NCBI GenBank assembly: GCA_973895155.1
Contig: OZ316895.1
Coordinates: 866,435-930,434, forward strand
Direction: 5' to 3'
Length of the DNA: 64,000 nucleotides
From: Marsupella aquatica
Lineage: Eukaryota; Plantae; Marchantiophyta
Every line of letters begins with the position of its first letter. Position 1 is the first letter of the stretch. Shown piece by piece: positions 22,704 to 35,834 of this stretch. The notes under the pieces were generated by a model, which was not told the DNA's origin, did no database searches, and saw only the letters and a program-made list of their open reading frames with translations. The position numbers and the translations under genes are program-made.

Positions 22704-23985
22704 TTGTACCTGTCTATCCAGTATCCACTACTAGTCTACTACTACTGCATCCAAATCCAAGGACAGCCGTTCCGGAGAATGCGAACAAAGCGAAAGCCCG
22801 GAAAGCAGGCCATCGCCCACTCTTTGTCGATTCCCCGTGCCCCAGATCGATGAGGGTCTGTCGCCGAGAAACTCTCGAGGACGAACCGGTGCTCTCTCGG
22901 TATTGTCCCTCGATGTGCCGTACAGCTTGAACAATGGCTTTTCGTTGGAAAATCCCTAATCGTACTGATCCGGGCATCCGGCTGGATTTTGCCGACCGTG
23001 GATCCCCTTGGATTAAAGTGCCCCCACTGTCGTACTGGAAGGAAGCCGGGACGAACCCCTACCGACAAAGTTATCGTTGTTCACTTGTTCCGCGCGCGAC
23101 GGTATAGGGTTGCGGTCAAGAGCATAATAATAATAGAAGGGAGGTCTCAAACCACAAAATTTGATTACTTCAAGTAACTACGGGTTAACGCTAGGGACCA
23201 AAAAAAGGTATGGAATACCGAATTATAACTTTTTTCCTGGTCATGTAGCTTTAGAATATAGTAAAAAGCAAAAGGAATATTTTCCGCAACTAGTGAAAAA
23301 CTACAGGCACTTTCTTATGGCCAAATAGGGCGTGTCAAAAGAGTGCCGCCATAAGTGAGTTATGGCCAAGGACATAAAATGTTCTTATGGTCAGGACCAA
23401 AAAGGGATACCTATATACTTGCCCGGGAAATATGAGAGTCCAAAAAGTTTATGTCTGTGAGGAAAAGTTGTTGTTTAGGGCTAATTAATTAGGATAGTTT
23501 ACCACACTTGCCACACTTCACCACATGAGAATGATGTTTGGGGTTGCACAGTTGCACACCCTTCACATGTTTTGTTTCATCTTCAGGTAAATCCTCCAAC
23601 TAAACAAAACTTTCAGCCCTTGGCCACATGAGAATAATGTGTGGCACTGTACCCACTCCATATTCATCTCCTCGTAAGCTCTGAACTACAAACCTTAAAT
23701 TCATTATCATTTACTATCATATAGAGCTGTTGCGAGCCATGACTAAGTTTTAGGTGAATGTCAATCAGAACCTACAAGTCCCACACGTTCTCTATGTTGT
23801 GGGATTTCAATCAATGGCAGAGAGGTGAGCCGTGGGCAGTGCTGAACAATATACAACAAACAAGCTTGAAGAATGGTGACCTATGTTTTAGGGTCTGTTT
23901 TTCTGGACCTAAAATCAAAAGGAAACCAGGCCCAACCACACTGGTTGCCCAGCTGGCCAGATGACTCCAGCAAGTAGCGAAAAAA

Positions 23986-24085
23986 TTCTAATGGAAAGGT
24001 TTTGTTGGTTTGAAGATTACTGAAGAAATTGTTGGTCATAAATTTGGAGAGTTTTCAACACAGAAAACCTCCTCCTTGGGTAGAA
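23986..24085 (+). pseudogene. rps19: Mitochondrial-type rps19 fragment (NUMT-like), frameshifted
   Basis: Translates, with small indels, as NGK.FVGLKITEEIVGHKFGEFS..KTSSLG, matching the uS19 signature GHKxGEF in its plant mitochondrial form. Confidence 0.8.
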
Positions 24086-26400
24086 ATCATATTTGACTCT
24101 ATCATTGTGTTCCCACCCAAATACACACTGCTTATGTGTTCATCACTCTTTGTCATTTTGAGATTTGTGGCCATTTGCGTGAGAGTTTAGGTAGAAACTT
24201 TAATGCATATGAGGGGGTATTGAGAGTGCGAAGGGTGCCCGCTAATGATCAGCAAAATATTCACTCTGATTTCTACGATGAGTTAGGGGTGGCAAGAGCA
24301 ATTTTCCAAAGGAATTATCTCTCTCAATCAACAGCATGATACACCACTAGGCACGACGAAACAAGCAGTCTATATAATTAGATCTTGGATCCTTGTCCAC
24401 TTGTCCATAGTACAAGACAGCGAGCTCAATAAAGACAATCCATAGCGTTGGTAGATCCTACCCAATGATGAGGTTTCTTGATTGAGTGGTGCATACAACC
24501 ATAGTCAGCCACTAGTGGTAGTTTTCATCCCCTCCCTGGTTGCTATTTTACTTTCCTAAATTTACTCGCCAAAATCACTGCTCCTTACCAGAGAACTGAC
24601 TTCCTTACTGGCAGCTTTTGTTTTGAATTGCTGGTCCAAAACAATGCAGTTTTTGTCAGGGTTAGCGCAGTGAGAAAGGAAGCTGTCGCCATATTTCCAG
24701 AGTTTAAATCTACAAGGAGGAAGCAAAAAATCAAGCCTAATCTTAACGCTCCACTTGGCTTCTTTACCATGAGGTCCCTCCCTTGGTAGCTTCAGTTACT
24801 TTTCCTATATTAACAAACTAGCCCAATGCCTATTGGTTGCACAATGTTGTTCGTAGGAATTGTTGTATAGCATAAATGAGAGTACCAAGCAGTCAGCACT
24901 GTCGAGAGTCCATGAGTCACCCTGGCAGCTGGATTTCAAGGAGTGTGAAGCTGTGAGGAGAGATGGTTGGGAGTGGAAAAGATGTACAATGTCACTTTCA
25001 GGACCATCTCACGGCTAAATAAAACATGTTACCATACTCCAATGGTCAAGGAGACTGCCCAACAGAATTACATTTTGTAAAGAGACCATGAGAGAAACAG
25101 AGTGGGATTGCAGATTATTGTGTTCAGATTCCAGGGGTTTCCACCACCAGAGACGTCTGCTCGATAGAGGTTTCCCTTACTTAAAATAATAATAATCTCT
25201 CTTGGAAAAATGATTTTACCCCCGATTTTACTCGTAGGGGTTTGCCATAATTGTCCACCGTTTGAAACAGATTCATTTCAAAGGAGGTTTTACTGTTCGC
25301 TCATTAACATACAGCAGGGCCTTTAAGGAATTCCCAGGGTGAAAGAGATCTCCAAAATAGTTGCTGATGGTAAGGGGAGGCTACAATTAACAGATGAACA
25401 GATGAAAGTCACACTGAGCACGATAATCATTACTGATGATTACGAGGACGCTTAGATTTGTGCGCTGAACATTCGCATACTTACTAACATGCTTGTCCAC
25501 CCACCCCACAATCGCATTTGTCTGGATGTCTCTACATCTAACCAATAATGCTTTGCCTTGGCCTCCTAATGCACCCGCTCCCAGTTGCCCATAATGTGCA
25601 CAGTGTGTCCATTGTCATTGTGACACTCAGCGCCTGGTTGGTTGCCCTACGGCCATTGTGTACAAGTCTACAAGATGTTGGCAACAATGGTTTTCGAGAG
25701 TGGGTCCCTTGCGCTTCACGAGGCGCAACCAATCAGGCAAGTACTGGTTTGAAGTTTGTCATCGTTATGTCTACAGTGGCTACGTGATTTCCGTATACTA
25801 TAGTGATGTGCAAATAGCATAAACAAATTCTCTGAATTCTATCTCAAATCATTCGTTGCGTCCCCATTGGACGAAGCGTTATTCACAGAGTGAGGCATCC
25901 TCTGCAAAATATTCTCTGCTTAAACCTATGGCTGCTTGTTACGTCTGTATCAACTTTGTCTTTAGCTTTCTTTCTAATCTGCTTTCCCTTTGTTGAGCCT
26001 CTCCACATACAGTATTGCCCTGTAACACATACAAATTCTTTTGTCTACTCCCCTTCAAAATCACTGTCTCTCCCGACCTGACTTGAAGTTCACCATCAAT
26101 AACGCTCCATTGATGACCATTTGAATCCAACACACCGAGTGAAATCAGATTCTTACGCATGCCAGGTACATACCTGACTCCGGACACTGTGCGCACAGCG
26201 CCATCAAACATTTGAATCTTCACAAACCCAATTCCCTCAATTTGACAGGAGTGATCATTTCCCATCAGAACTGAACCGTTTGAAATAGAGTAAGAACTGA
26301 AAAACTCACGAATGTAACAAATATGAAAAGAGCAAGCACAATCAAGAATCCACACATCATCTGCTCTCCTAGATGACGTGCACAGGGCATACCCCCGGCT

Positions 26401-27435
26401 TCATAAAACATACTCATCATTGAGTAAATCAGCTTCTCCATCAGCCCTAGCCACATTTGCCGATGAAGTTTCCGCTGCCTTTCCCTTACAGTCTCGCTTG
26501 AAGTGTCCAACTTGGTTGCACTTCCAACATGTCACCTGCCTCCTCTGAGGGGATTTACCCTTGGACTTAGATCTGGATTTAGATCTAAACTGGGTTCTAC
26601 GGTCCCCAGTTGGTCGCTGCATACTCCTCCCACGGTTAACATTGAGGGCAGCACCAGATGATGAAGGCTGTGACGTGATGTGCATCTTCTGCTGAAGATC
26701 ATCACTAAGCAAAGAACTTACCACGTCATTGTATGAAATGGTATCCCTATCACGATGCAACAACACTCGTGATAGGGACTGGTAAGATGGAGGCAATGAA
26801 CTAAGAAGCTGCAGAGCCTTCGTCTCATCATTCAAAGTCTCCCCAAGGTTTTCCAAGTCAACGACCATGTCGTTGAAAGCATCCACATGGTCTTGCAACT
26901 TCGTACCAGATTCCTTCATCCTGAAACTCATCAGTTTGTAGGAAGTGTAGAGCCGGTTCGACAACTCCTTGCGGTGATACTTGCTCTGCAATTCCGCAAA
27001 TAAGGACATGCAATCCTTATGTGCACCCAACTGCTTGATGATGGGAGGCATGAGATAGAGTGTAACACACCACACTCCCTGCTCCTGCATGCGGTCCCAT
27101 TGTTTCTCATCAACATCGTCTTCACGAGGGCTCAGCAGTTGGCCCATCCCTGACGCATAAAGCACTCCCTTCACCTGCTTCTCCCATAGCAAGTAGTCAG
27201 AGCGCCCATCATACTTTGTCACTTCATACTTGGGTCCCCCAAGCTTGAAAGTCCCCATCTTCTTCTTTACCGTGAGCTCCGGTAGTAGTACTGCTTCCTC
27301 CACCACACGCCGCACCGGTGATGGTATCGGTGTCACGTGCTCTTCCTCCTGCTCCTCTCTCTGCCCCTGAAACCTCCGTGGTGATCCTCGTGCTTCAAGT
27401 TCCACGTTTTCGAAAAACTCCTCCGAATCACTCAT
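26401..27435 (-). CDS. Intact copia Gag, 344 aa, ending at the conserved TGA
   Basis: Open frame with complete CWKCNQVGHFKRDC knuckle; the protease follows in frame after the TGA. Confidence 0.9.
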   Translation of the reverse strand: MSDSEEFFENVELEARGSPRRFQGQREEQEEEHVTPIPSPVRRVVEEAVLLPELTVKKKMGTFKLGGPKYEVTKYDGRSDYLLWEKQVKGVLYASGMGQLLSPREDDVDEKQWDRMQEQGVWCVTLYLMPPIIKQLGAHKDCMSLFAELQSKYHRKELSNRLYTSYKLMSFRMKESGTKLQDHVDAFNDMVVDLENLGETLNDETKALQLLSSLPPSYQSLSRVLLHRDRDTISYNDVVSSLLSDDLQQKMHITSQPSSSGAALNVNRGRSMQRPTGDRRTQFRSKSRSKSKGKSPQRRQVTCWKCNQVGHFKRDCKGKAAETSSANVARADGEADLLNDEYVL

Positions 27436-28141
27436 ATGAGAAAGTCACAAAAAATGTTGTTTTTCACAACTTCTCAAAAAACTCGAAACTCAACACCGCC
27501 GCGTAGCCCACAAAGCTAGGAGTCCAATACTGAAAACCAAAATCAAAATCGAAATTTGACGGAAAAGTTATTCAAATTTCGGTCGAGGTGGGTAAAACCT
27601 TGGGAAACTCCCCCGTTTTGACCACCTCAGGGAATAACCGAAATACCAAGTACAACCCGTTGTCGGAATTGCGATGTGATTGGTGCGCTGCATTGCCAAC
27701 TTCAATGGCTACGACCTCACTTGTCAACAACGAATGTTGATCAATTGCACTTGGTGCCGTCACCAAGTCCAACAAGGTAATTGATTTTGCTTAGCCTTCC
27801 TCTTTGCATCAAAGAGCCAATCCCGGACTCAAAAACAATCGTCTTGCCTCAATCTCTCCGTTGAGTCAAAACACTTGACGCTTCTCCCTCCGAGTCGATT
27901 GCCAACTTTCTTCACAAAATCCAGAACGACGAAAACTTAGATCTCTCTGCACCACGAGCTCCGTTCAACGATTTCTTCACACCGTTAGAAAGCTCTTGCC
28001 CTGATCTATCCGTTGAGCCCATAAACTCCAAGTTCCATGCGATGGAACTCTGGAAAATCCACCAACACTCAACGCTGGAAAAACCGTCATGAAATCCCGT
28101 CACGAACACACGTCACCTCCCAAGCATGCTCTGATACCAAT

Positions 28142-28616
28142 TGTTGAGCATAGACGACGATCGCAACGGCAAGCCCATGAACCATCCAACGCACAATAGT
28201 CGACACAAGAGATACGTGGTTCACCTCCTTGAGGCTACGTCCACGGGAACACACAAGAGAGCTTTACTGAACTCTAAGCCCGTCGGCTATACCGAGTCTC
28301 CACAGTGTAAGCTCTCCCTATCTCTCAAGTGGCTCCATAACAATGAGCCTTGGTTCTACCTCTCCAAGCACACATGCCTCTTATGATATAGTGTGCAACT
28401 TAGTTGTACCTAACCACATAGTTGTACCTAACCACATAGTTGTACCTAATCACGTAGTTGTACCTAACCACATAGTTGTACCTAATCACGTAGTTGTACC
28501 TAACCACATAGTTGTACCTAATCACGTAGTTGTACCTAACCACGTAGTTGTACCAACCCACGTTGTTGTACCAACCACGTCATACCTAACCTAGACGTAA
28601 GAGTAAATACCCAACA
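28142..28616 (-). repeat. 5' LTR of third copy (475 bp; 10 tandem 18-bp units)
   Basis: 421 bp plus 3 x 18 bp relative to the inner LTRs. Confidence 0.95.
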
Positions 28617-31600
28617 CCCTTAATATGGCACATTTCAGGTTGTTGCTTTTACACAACATCTCGCTAAACTTCAAGGTTTGGTAATTCCTCAACTTTGGCA
28701 TATCAAACAGCCATATCTAAGAGACTAATCATCAAGAAAGGTTTGGGTTGAATCTTTCTCGTCTTTTGGAAACGTTGTTGGATTCTTGGCTTAAGCTCTC
28801 TTAGTTTGTCTTATAAGGCTCCCTACCTTTTTCCAAGTCACGTGTTTTTCACCTTTGCCAACCACGAAAAATCTTAGTATACTACGGAAATATCGACGGA
28901 CAATTTCAACCTAGCTAGAGCCTCTAGTGATCTTACCCGCACAATCAACGTCATCTAACATAATGCAAAGGTTATTACCACTCACGCCAACACTGTGACG
29001 TTGGATGACAGAGATGGTGGGGGTCCCATGACAAATAAAATATGTCAACACTAAACTTGGCCAAATATCCACATTGACTGATAAGACCAAACCTGGATGG
29101 ATCACTCTTTGCGGGTCCCACCCTCCAGAGTTGAAGGAAATGCCTTTCGTAAAGCGCAAATGATTAAAAGCTTCGTTTCAATTCGTCACTTCGGAAATTC
29201 TTAAGTCGTGCACTGTAACTCGACGACATGGAGGATTATGAAGATAGCTGCCATGCTCCTGCTCTTGAGACACCGTACAGGGAAGATCACAGGAAAAGTA
29301 TCAACCATTTTTCCTGTCCTTCCCCGAGCCATGAGTAGTTGAGTGCTGTAGTTCAGTATTATTTTAGGAGTGAAGACCCATCAAAGATTCCACCAACATA
29401 TCTCTTGCAATTGAGCTATGATGTTTGGGATACAATCTTGTACCTCCGGCACTGAGGCAATCCGGTCATCTGGGTTAATGGTATTTATGGTTCCAGCTTT
29501 TACTTTATGGAGTGAGGTGCAGTTGTGAATGCCATAGACAAGAGCAGCACAATTTCACACACCTGGTGGCAATAGAAGTGTACACTCATTAAATTAAAGA
29601 AAATAACTAGATTTATCATGAAATATTATAGACCATATAATATATATATACACCGTATTTATATCATATTCTGATATGCAATCATAGGACCCGCAAAATT
29701 TCCATGGGATAGGTACAGATCGGGTACAGTTACCCCAGCCAGCCACGGGATGCCACGATGCAACCCTTTATACGGAAATGAACTTAATGTATCGCAGCTG
29801 GTCGTTGGCAGCAACGATATGTAGCGAATAATGCAACAGCAGAGGAGCCGGTGAAGTCGAGGAGCCGGTGAAGTGATTGTGCTTTCGCCATTTAGTTTTG
29901 GTGTTTTAAGGGTGAAGAAAAGACCATCAACAAGCCCGGAAAGCAGCGAGAGGTCAAAGAATGAAGCCAAGGCTCCGAGCAGCCACAAGATCCGAGCACC
30001 ACTTTGTTAAAACTAATCGTCCACCACTGCCATGTGAACAATTTTTGGTCGGTGGTTCCCCGAGCAGCGCCTCGGATCGATTAGTGATGTACGGTGCAAC
30101 CACACAGGATTTCACTGGTTTGCAGTGACGAGATGACTGACTCGTTTGTCCCTCCGCCGGGACACTTCGGCACTCAGGATCGTCTGGTAGTTTGACCTGT
30201 GTTTGAAACTACTGTCTACCTTACTATCACGTGAATGTGACACCTGAATTAGATTGACCGAAAACTTCGTTCTTCCCGGTAGATATCGATTTCCAAAGCA
30301 CTTCGTTACAGGTTGCTCTCGGTACCATGAAAAAGGTCTTAAAGAGAGCGCGACCAGGACTAACATCAGAGCTCTAGGAAGTCACAATTGGTCGCAGTCC
30401 CTTCAACCAACATGTATGTTATAGGTAGATAGATAGAATACTCTGCCTCTAGGGCTACCCCGGTGAGGTTTACAAACTGACCAAACACTTCACGTGGAAA
30501 GTATTCAAATCATCGAGCTGCCACAGTCGACACGTACGAGGCTACGAGCAGTCCTGAAAGACGATAAGAAGACAATGTCTCTGTCGATCGTGATGAGCTA
30601 ACAGCTTGAAACGGAAAGTAAAATGATGACGGTCGGTAAAGCTACCTTCTCCTGTATGGAAATTTCGTTCCAGAGGGTCCAAGACTAACAAGGACACCAT
30701 ATGAGACACAGCAGTAGGGACCATGAGTACAAAAACCTTTGTAGCCTGCAGCGGCTCAGTCCGAGTAAGCACAGTGGGCGTATCTGAACACAGACACCAC
30801 AAAACAGAACCATGCTCGAGTAAAAAGAAATTACAAACCCCGCCCGCCCCTCCACACACACACAGCACCGTTGGTACTACAATTCCATTGCGAGGGCAAC
30901 GAGCCAAAGCAGCGCAAGTATTCGACTTCAAGACACTCGGAGTTGGTGGAGTCTTTCCCCGAGGATATGCCATAGCATATGTGAAATTGTCCCATCACCA
31001 CCATTGTTTTCAACTAACACATATGAGAAAATGAAGCTGCATAAAACATTCAAAGCACAGGATAAAACAAACGATATAGCGCACAGTAACACGTGCTCTT
31101 GGCATTCGCATCACATTAGAGAAGTGAAACGTGCAAGGAAGCCAACTGGACGATATATATCTGAACTAAACTTTGAATACTTTACTTCCATTTTGCTCTG
31201 GCCTTTGCCAGGCAACGACGACGGTATGGCGAGGAGACCATTCAACATGAGGAGAGATCAGGAGGTAAAAGAGTACGGGAGGAGAGAACTGGACGAGTTC
31301 AAACCACATGTGTTTAACTTTACATTGAAAGGGGAATCCTTGGCAGTCGAGCTCAGAATAGCTGCTGTACAACCAAAACTGAGGCAGCAAGAACGTGGGC
31401 ATTTTTTTTGTCTTGCCCCTACCATTTGCGGCAAAATTCTATCGAGAGTGAACCATTTCCAAAACTGGGAAAGATTGATGGCGTCCAAGATTCGCTCTTC
31501 CCCATCGAGTGGTTCTTGTTCTACACATAAGTTGGCACAAGCTATGATCCTAGAAACTAAAAGTGTCTCTGAAGTGCCATATGCAGTCTGTGCTATGGCC

Positions 31601-31904
31601 GTCAGCTCGTTTAAGGGGAACGCTCTTGTTTACATTAAAACTAATGGGTTTATAAAACTGGGAAGGCAACATTGAGGATTGCTAATATGTGTGTTTTGAC
31701 TACCCAGAAGCAGTACAGTGTGATTGACTTCCATCCCAGATGAGGGCACAAACTAAAGAGACTACACCAAATTAAGAGATAGAGAACGGCTCTGCGGCGT
31801 GGAAAGTAGAGATCTCCAGCTAAACGCTGCAATTTCAGTTCCGGAGATGGAATCCAATTTGAGGAGGCACGGATGGAAGAGTCCCAAGGAAGTAAAAGCA
31901 AACG

Positions 31905-34900
31905 TTAGGAAAAAACAGAAGTGAATGACGCGGCTGCAGGGACACTGTTAATCCCCTGACGCTGAAGCTCAGCAATTACTAACTCCATAGAAGGAGACTT
32001 CAATCCAAGGGGCAACGGTGTACATGGATTGGCCAATGCTTCGCTGATGGCTGCATCCAAAATTTCCTTCGACTGCGGGAAAGTAACAAGGCGCTGATCA
32101 GCTCAAACATCGACACTTCAGAACAAACTCTACTAAGATAAATGACTTGCAAAAGAAGGAAAGGCCACGACGAAATCCAATTCACAAAAATTACAACTTA
32201 CCGGATGAAAGTCAGACGGTTTGCTGCTCGCAGCAGCACCAGCAGCCACCGTCAACTCAGGATCGTCTGGACTAGTCGGATACATGGGTATAGGCATCGA
32301 CTCATCGACGAAGTAACAATCGGCAGCAAGCGCAGCCGTTGTCATCGGCGAAGCGAAAGTAGGCATGGGAGTGAATGGTAATCTCTGCATGAACGAGAAA
32401 CGACGTCATTTGAATGTGTAGCCGACGTCAATTCACTTTTGTAAACACGACGTCCACTGAAATGCTTTCCAATGGCGCACGGTGCCGAAGTTCCAGAACT
32501 TACGTAGGCTTGTGGGTAGCATGCTCCGGGAGCGGGTGAAGGATGCCCCCACGCATCTACACACTGCACAAAGATAGAAAACAGTCAATTTCAGTTAGTA
32601 AGTCATCGACATCATTCAGGAAGAAAGTTCCCGGGCATCTTCCACATGAGACGCTTTCTCATTGGGAAATCCTGCTTACCGGGTACTGCCAATGAGAGCC
32701 ATCCGGTGCCTGCCAAGTCGTTGGTGCGGCCATTGGTGGTTGTTGCCACATATGAGCACCGGTATGATCCATGGTGGGATGGCCCCAGACGTGCATCGGA
32801 GGACCCATCGGATGACAATGAGGACCTGGATGAGGTTGAATTGGTGTGAGTCCCATGGGCGGTCTAGGCTGAATTGGAGGAGGATTAGTGTGGTGAGGAG
32901 CTAGCCAAGCGGTTCCGTCTCGTCGACTCCTGGCCCAGACATTTGGATCCAAAGGCTTGCGGTGATGCCATGTTGCCGCCTCTGCTTCCCTCGCAAGTAG
33001 ATGTCTTCTGTGAGACCGATATTTCTGCACGAAGGACGATCACCGACTAAACTTAAACTTCGCAATCGGCCAACCAAAACGCAATGCTTAATTGGTTCAA
33101 ATGCGACCGTATCAAAGAGTGCTACAGCCTTTGCAGCGATTAGCTAGTTCCTCATAACCTCGTGGTGAGCTTAACGGTTGATGCTGAGATATAACGGAAG
33201 AACTTGAGCTCTCGAGATGCGGTGAAAACGCAATGAGCTAGATTGTTAAAACTAACCTGTAAGTGACTAGCAATATTATGACGAGTGAGGCATTGAACCC
33301 CCATGAGCTCCAGTATACGGGATGGGATCGCTTTTTCTACTCCAAGTTGTTCTACAGCTTGAACAAAACGTCGGTGGAGTTCAGGAGTCCAATCCACCTG
33401 TAAACAATTTACGCCCATCAGCATACTATACTTCTCAAGATCCACAGCTATAATCTCCAGTGAACAACTCTCGACAATTCTGGCTCGTATCAACTTTCTA
33501 GGATTTCAACCGGACTAGTAACGTAGATTCTCTACCAGGACCCACTGACATAAAGACCGTCGCTGGCGATTGTCTTGGCAACAGAATGTATCTACCTTCA
33601 TTTTCCTTCTTCCCGATGTGGCCTTGTTATTCACTTTGCTCCCTGAATCAGACCCAGATTGGGTCTGATCGTTTTGTTCGTTCTTCTTGTCTCCACTGCT
33701 GCAGTCGCCACTATCGACGCTCAGACAGTTCAAAGAAGTCGTCCGCTCTAGAGACGCTTCTCCCCCTGACTTCGCCACTTCGGCCAAAAGTAACGCCTCT
33801 TCCTCCCCGATGTCGGTATCATGAACCTCCCCAGCATCCAGGGCTTCAATGTTCATGTGCAAATCCATAGTTGACTCGGGCAAAGGTACTAGAAGGCAAG
33901 GATTCACCTCCATTCCCGAATTACCGTCTCCATCCACGACAATGCCATTGCTAAGGCCCATGTCATCTAAGCCTTCGTCAAGAAGCTCTAGCTTAATGAC
34001 TGTGGGATCATCTTCGAACTGAAGATCTAATTCGTGGGTTTCACAAGATCCACCTTCCACTACAGGTTCACCTTCCAATTTCACATTTGCTACTGGATTC
34101 ACAGGCACGGCAGCTGTAGCATCTTGTTCTAAGTTTTCTCCATCGACCTTCACTTGCGAACAGCCATCCGAATCCCCAGGTGACTCCGTCGAAGCTGAGA
34201 ATTGATCCTGTTGATTCATCCTCCCCGCTTGCTCCAACTGCGGTGTTGTTGGAGCGGGAAGCCTCTCACAACCCGCCCTTCCTGCAACTGCATCTGCACC
34301 AGCTGGTGAAGGACTCTTCACCTGCTGACTTGCTTCCCTGTTCTCGTTCGCCTCACGCTCCCCGTCAAGTTCAGCAGAAGCGTCGGGCTCAATTTTTACT
34401 CGGACTTTAGATTTAGAGACCGAGAACACAGAATCCACCGCGGCCTTCACCGGCACTAGAGACTCCATCAACAAGGGGTCGCCTGCAATGAGAGCCTGCA
34501 TGTGCATTCGAAATACGAGATCAGGACACTCCCTGAAACCTGAGAAACAATCGCCCCCAAACCCGCGGAAATGCTACCAAATCCACGAGAAGAAAGTATG
34601 TAGTAACGAGTAATCGCTAAAACGCTCCAGTGAGCTCAAGGAGATCATAGAACTTTTCGAACCTTACGGACAACATGCTGCCAGATGTTCCTGAGCTTCT
34701 CGTCAGATAGTGGCTTCTGAAGAAAGTCAGCAGCTCCTAGCTGTTCAACCCACAAAACCCTCAAGATTGTCAGTGTCCACTCCAACTTAGTGACCGCCAT
34801 AAAAAGGCAAGGGTAATCCGAAGGGATCGGGTCGGTGCTTCTGGGAGTAATTTCAAATTAAGGGATTGACTGGAATGCTTACAGCTATTCCTTGCATCAT

Positions 34901-35834
34901 GATTGCCATATTCTCCGTATTAGACATCACTGAACACAGAACAACAGAAGCTTGTCAGAACTCCGAAATAGACAGTACGGCTCAAATCAATCTGGGATAC
35001 ACACAAACTCAAACTCCTGTATAATAGCAAGATTGTTCGTTTCCAATTTACTTACAGATGGTGGGGAGGTGTCTTGCAGCTTCCAATATTTTGAACCCAT
35101 CAAGCCCATCGCCAGTCATTGCCTGAACAGCGTAGCAGCACATCAATAAGTAATGCTCGATTTCCGGACGTGCGCGACGCCAACATTGAGATGAGAAGTG
35201 GATTCTCATGTTCCAGAGTGAAAGGGAATGGCAAACAGAAGCCGAAATCCTCACCTCCACAAGAGCCACGTGAAATGAGCACTGCGTATCCCGAAGAGCG
35301 GTGAGTGCATCCTCTCCTTTCGTAAATGCGGAGACTAGTCAGTCAGCCATCGTCACATGCATACAACAAGATGTGTTTAGGTTTGATAGAAGTACTACAA
35401 AATGAGGGACCGCGGCCCATACGAACTTGACGAAGTGTGAGAAACCCGGGCATCACGGTGACCATTAGCCACTCGAGGGATTTCTCGCCCTCTTAGCCTA
35501 CATTGCGATTACATTTCCCCTCAGAGACGTACATCCAGTGTCCTGCCGAACGACGAACAAGCTCCAATACCTCCGATTCTGATTGCAATTACTCTGGCTC
35601 CGGCCCATAGACAAGCGATAAGACAGAACCAGCACTTGCTCGTTTTGGCGATGGCGTCATATGGATGCAAAACTCTCAAGAACAAGCATTGGACGACGAC
35701 TCACCAACATACTGGCAACCTTCCAACTTGCACTTAATCTCATTAAGCACTTTGGTATCTTCGTCCACGACCAGAACTCGCAATCCATTAGGGAAATCCT
35801 TCCAGTCGGGGAATTTATCCTTGAACGCAAACAT
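31905..35834 (-). CDS. GLK: GOLDEN2-LIKE / APRR2-type GARP transcription factor with N-terminal pseudo-receiver domain, 11 exons, 732 aa: complement(join(31905..32072,32202..32384,32504..32563,32680..33024,33257..33397,33596..34495,34663..34740,34883..34929,35056..35122,35255..35334,35705..35834))
   Basis: All introns are GT-AG with consistent phases (2199 nt). Receiver: [53 protein letters not shown]: [26 protein letters not shown], then AREAEAA. GCT box: [40 protein letters not shown]. Confidence 0.94.

Larger units (their letters stand above)
25991..28616 (-). mobile_element. Internally deleted copy of the inner copia family (5' LTR, leader, gag, protease, then only the last 6-8 bp of the 3' LTR)
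   Basis: Near-identical to 3254-5819; TSD CCCTT at 25986-25990 and 28617-28621; PBS at 28128-28139. Confidence 0.95.

Noticed and set aside
31004-31675. 223-aa plus-strand ORF
   Set aside because: TTG start, no recognisable domain, antisense to the probable GLK 3' UTR.
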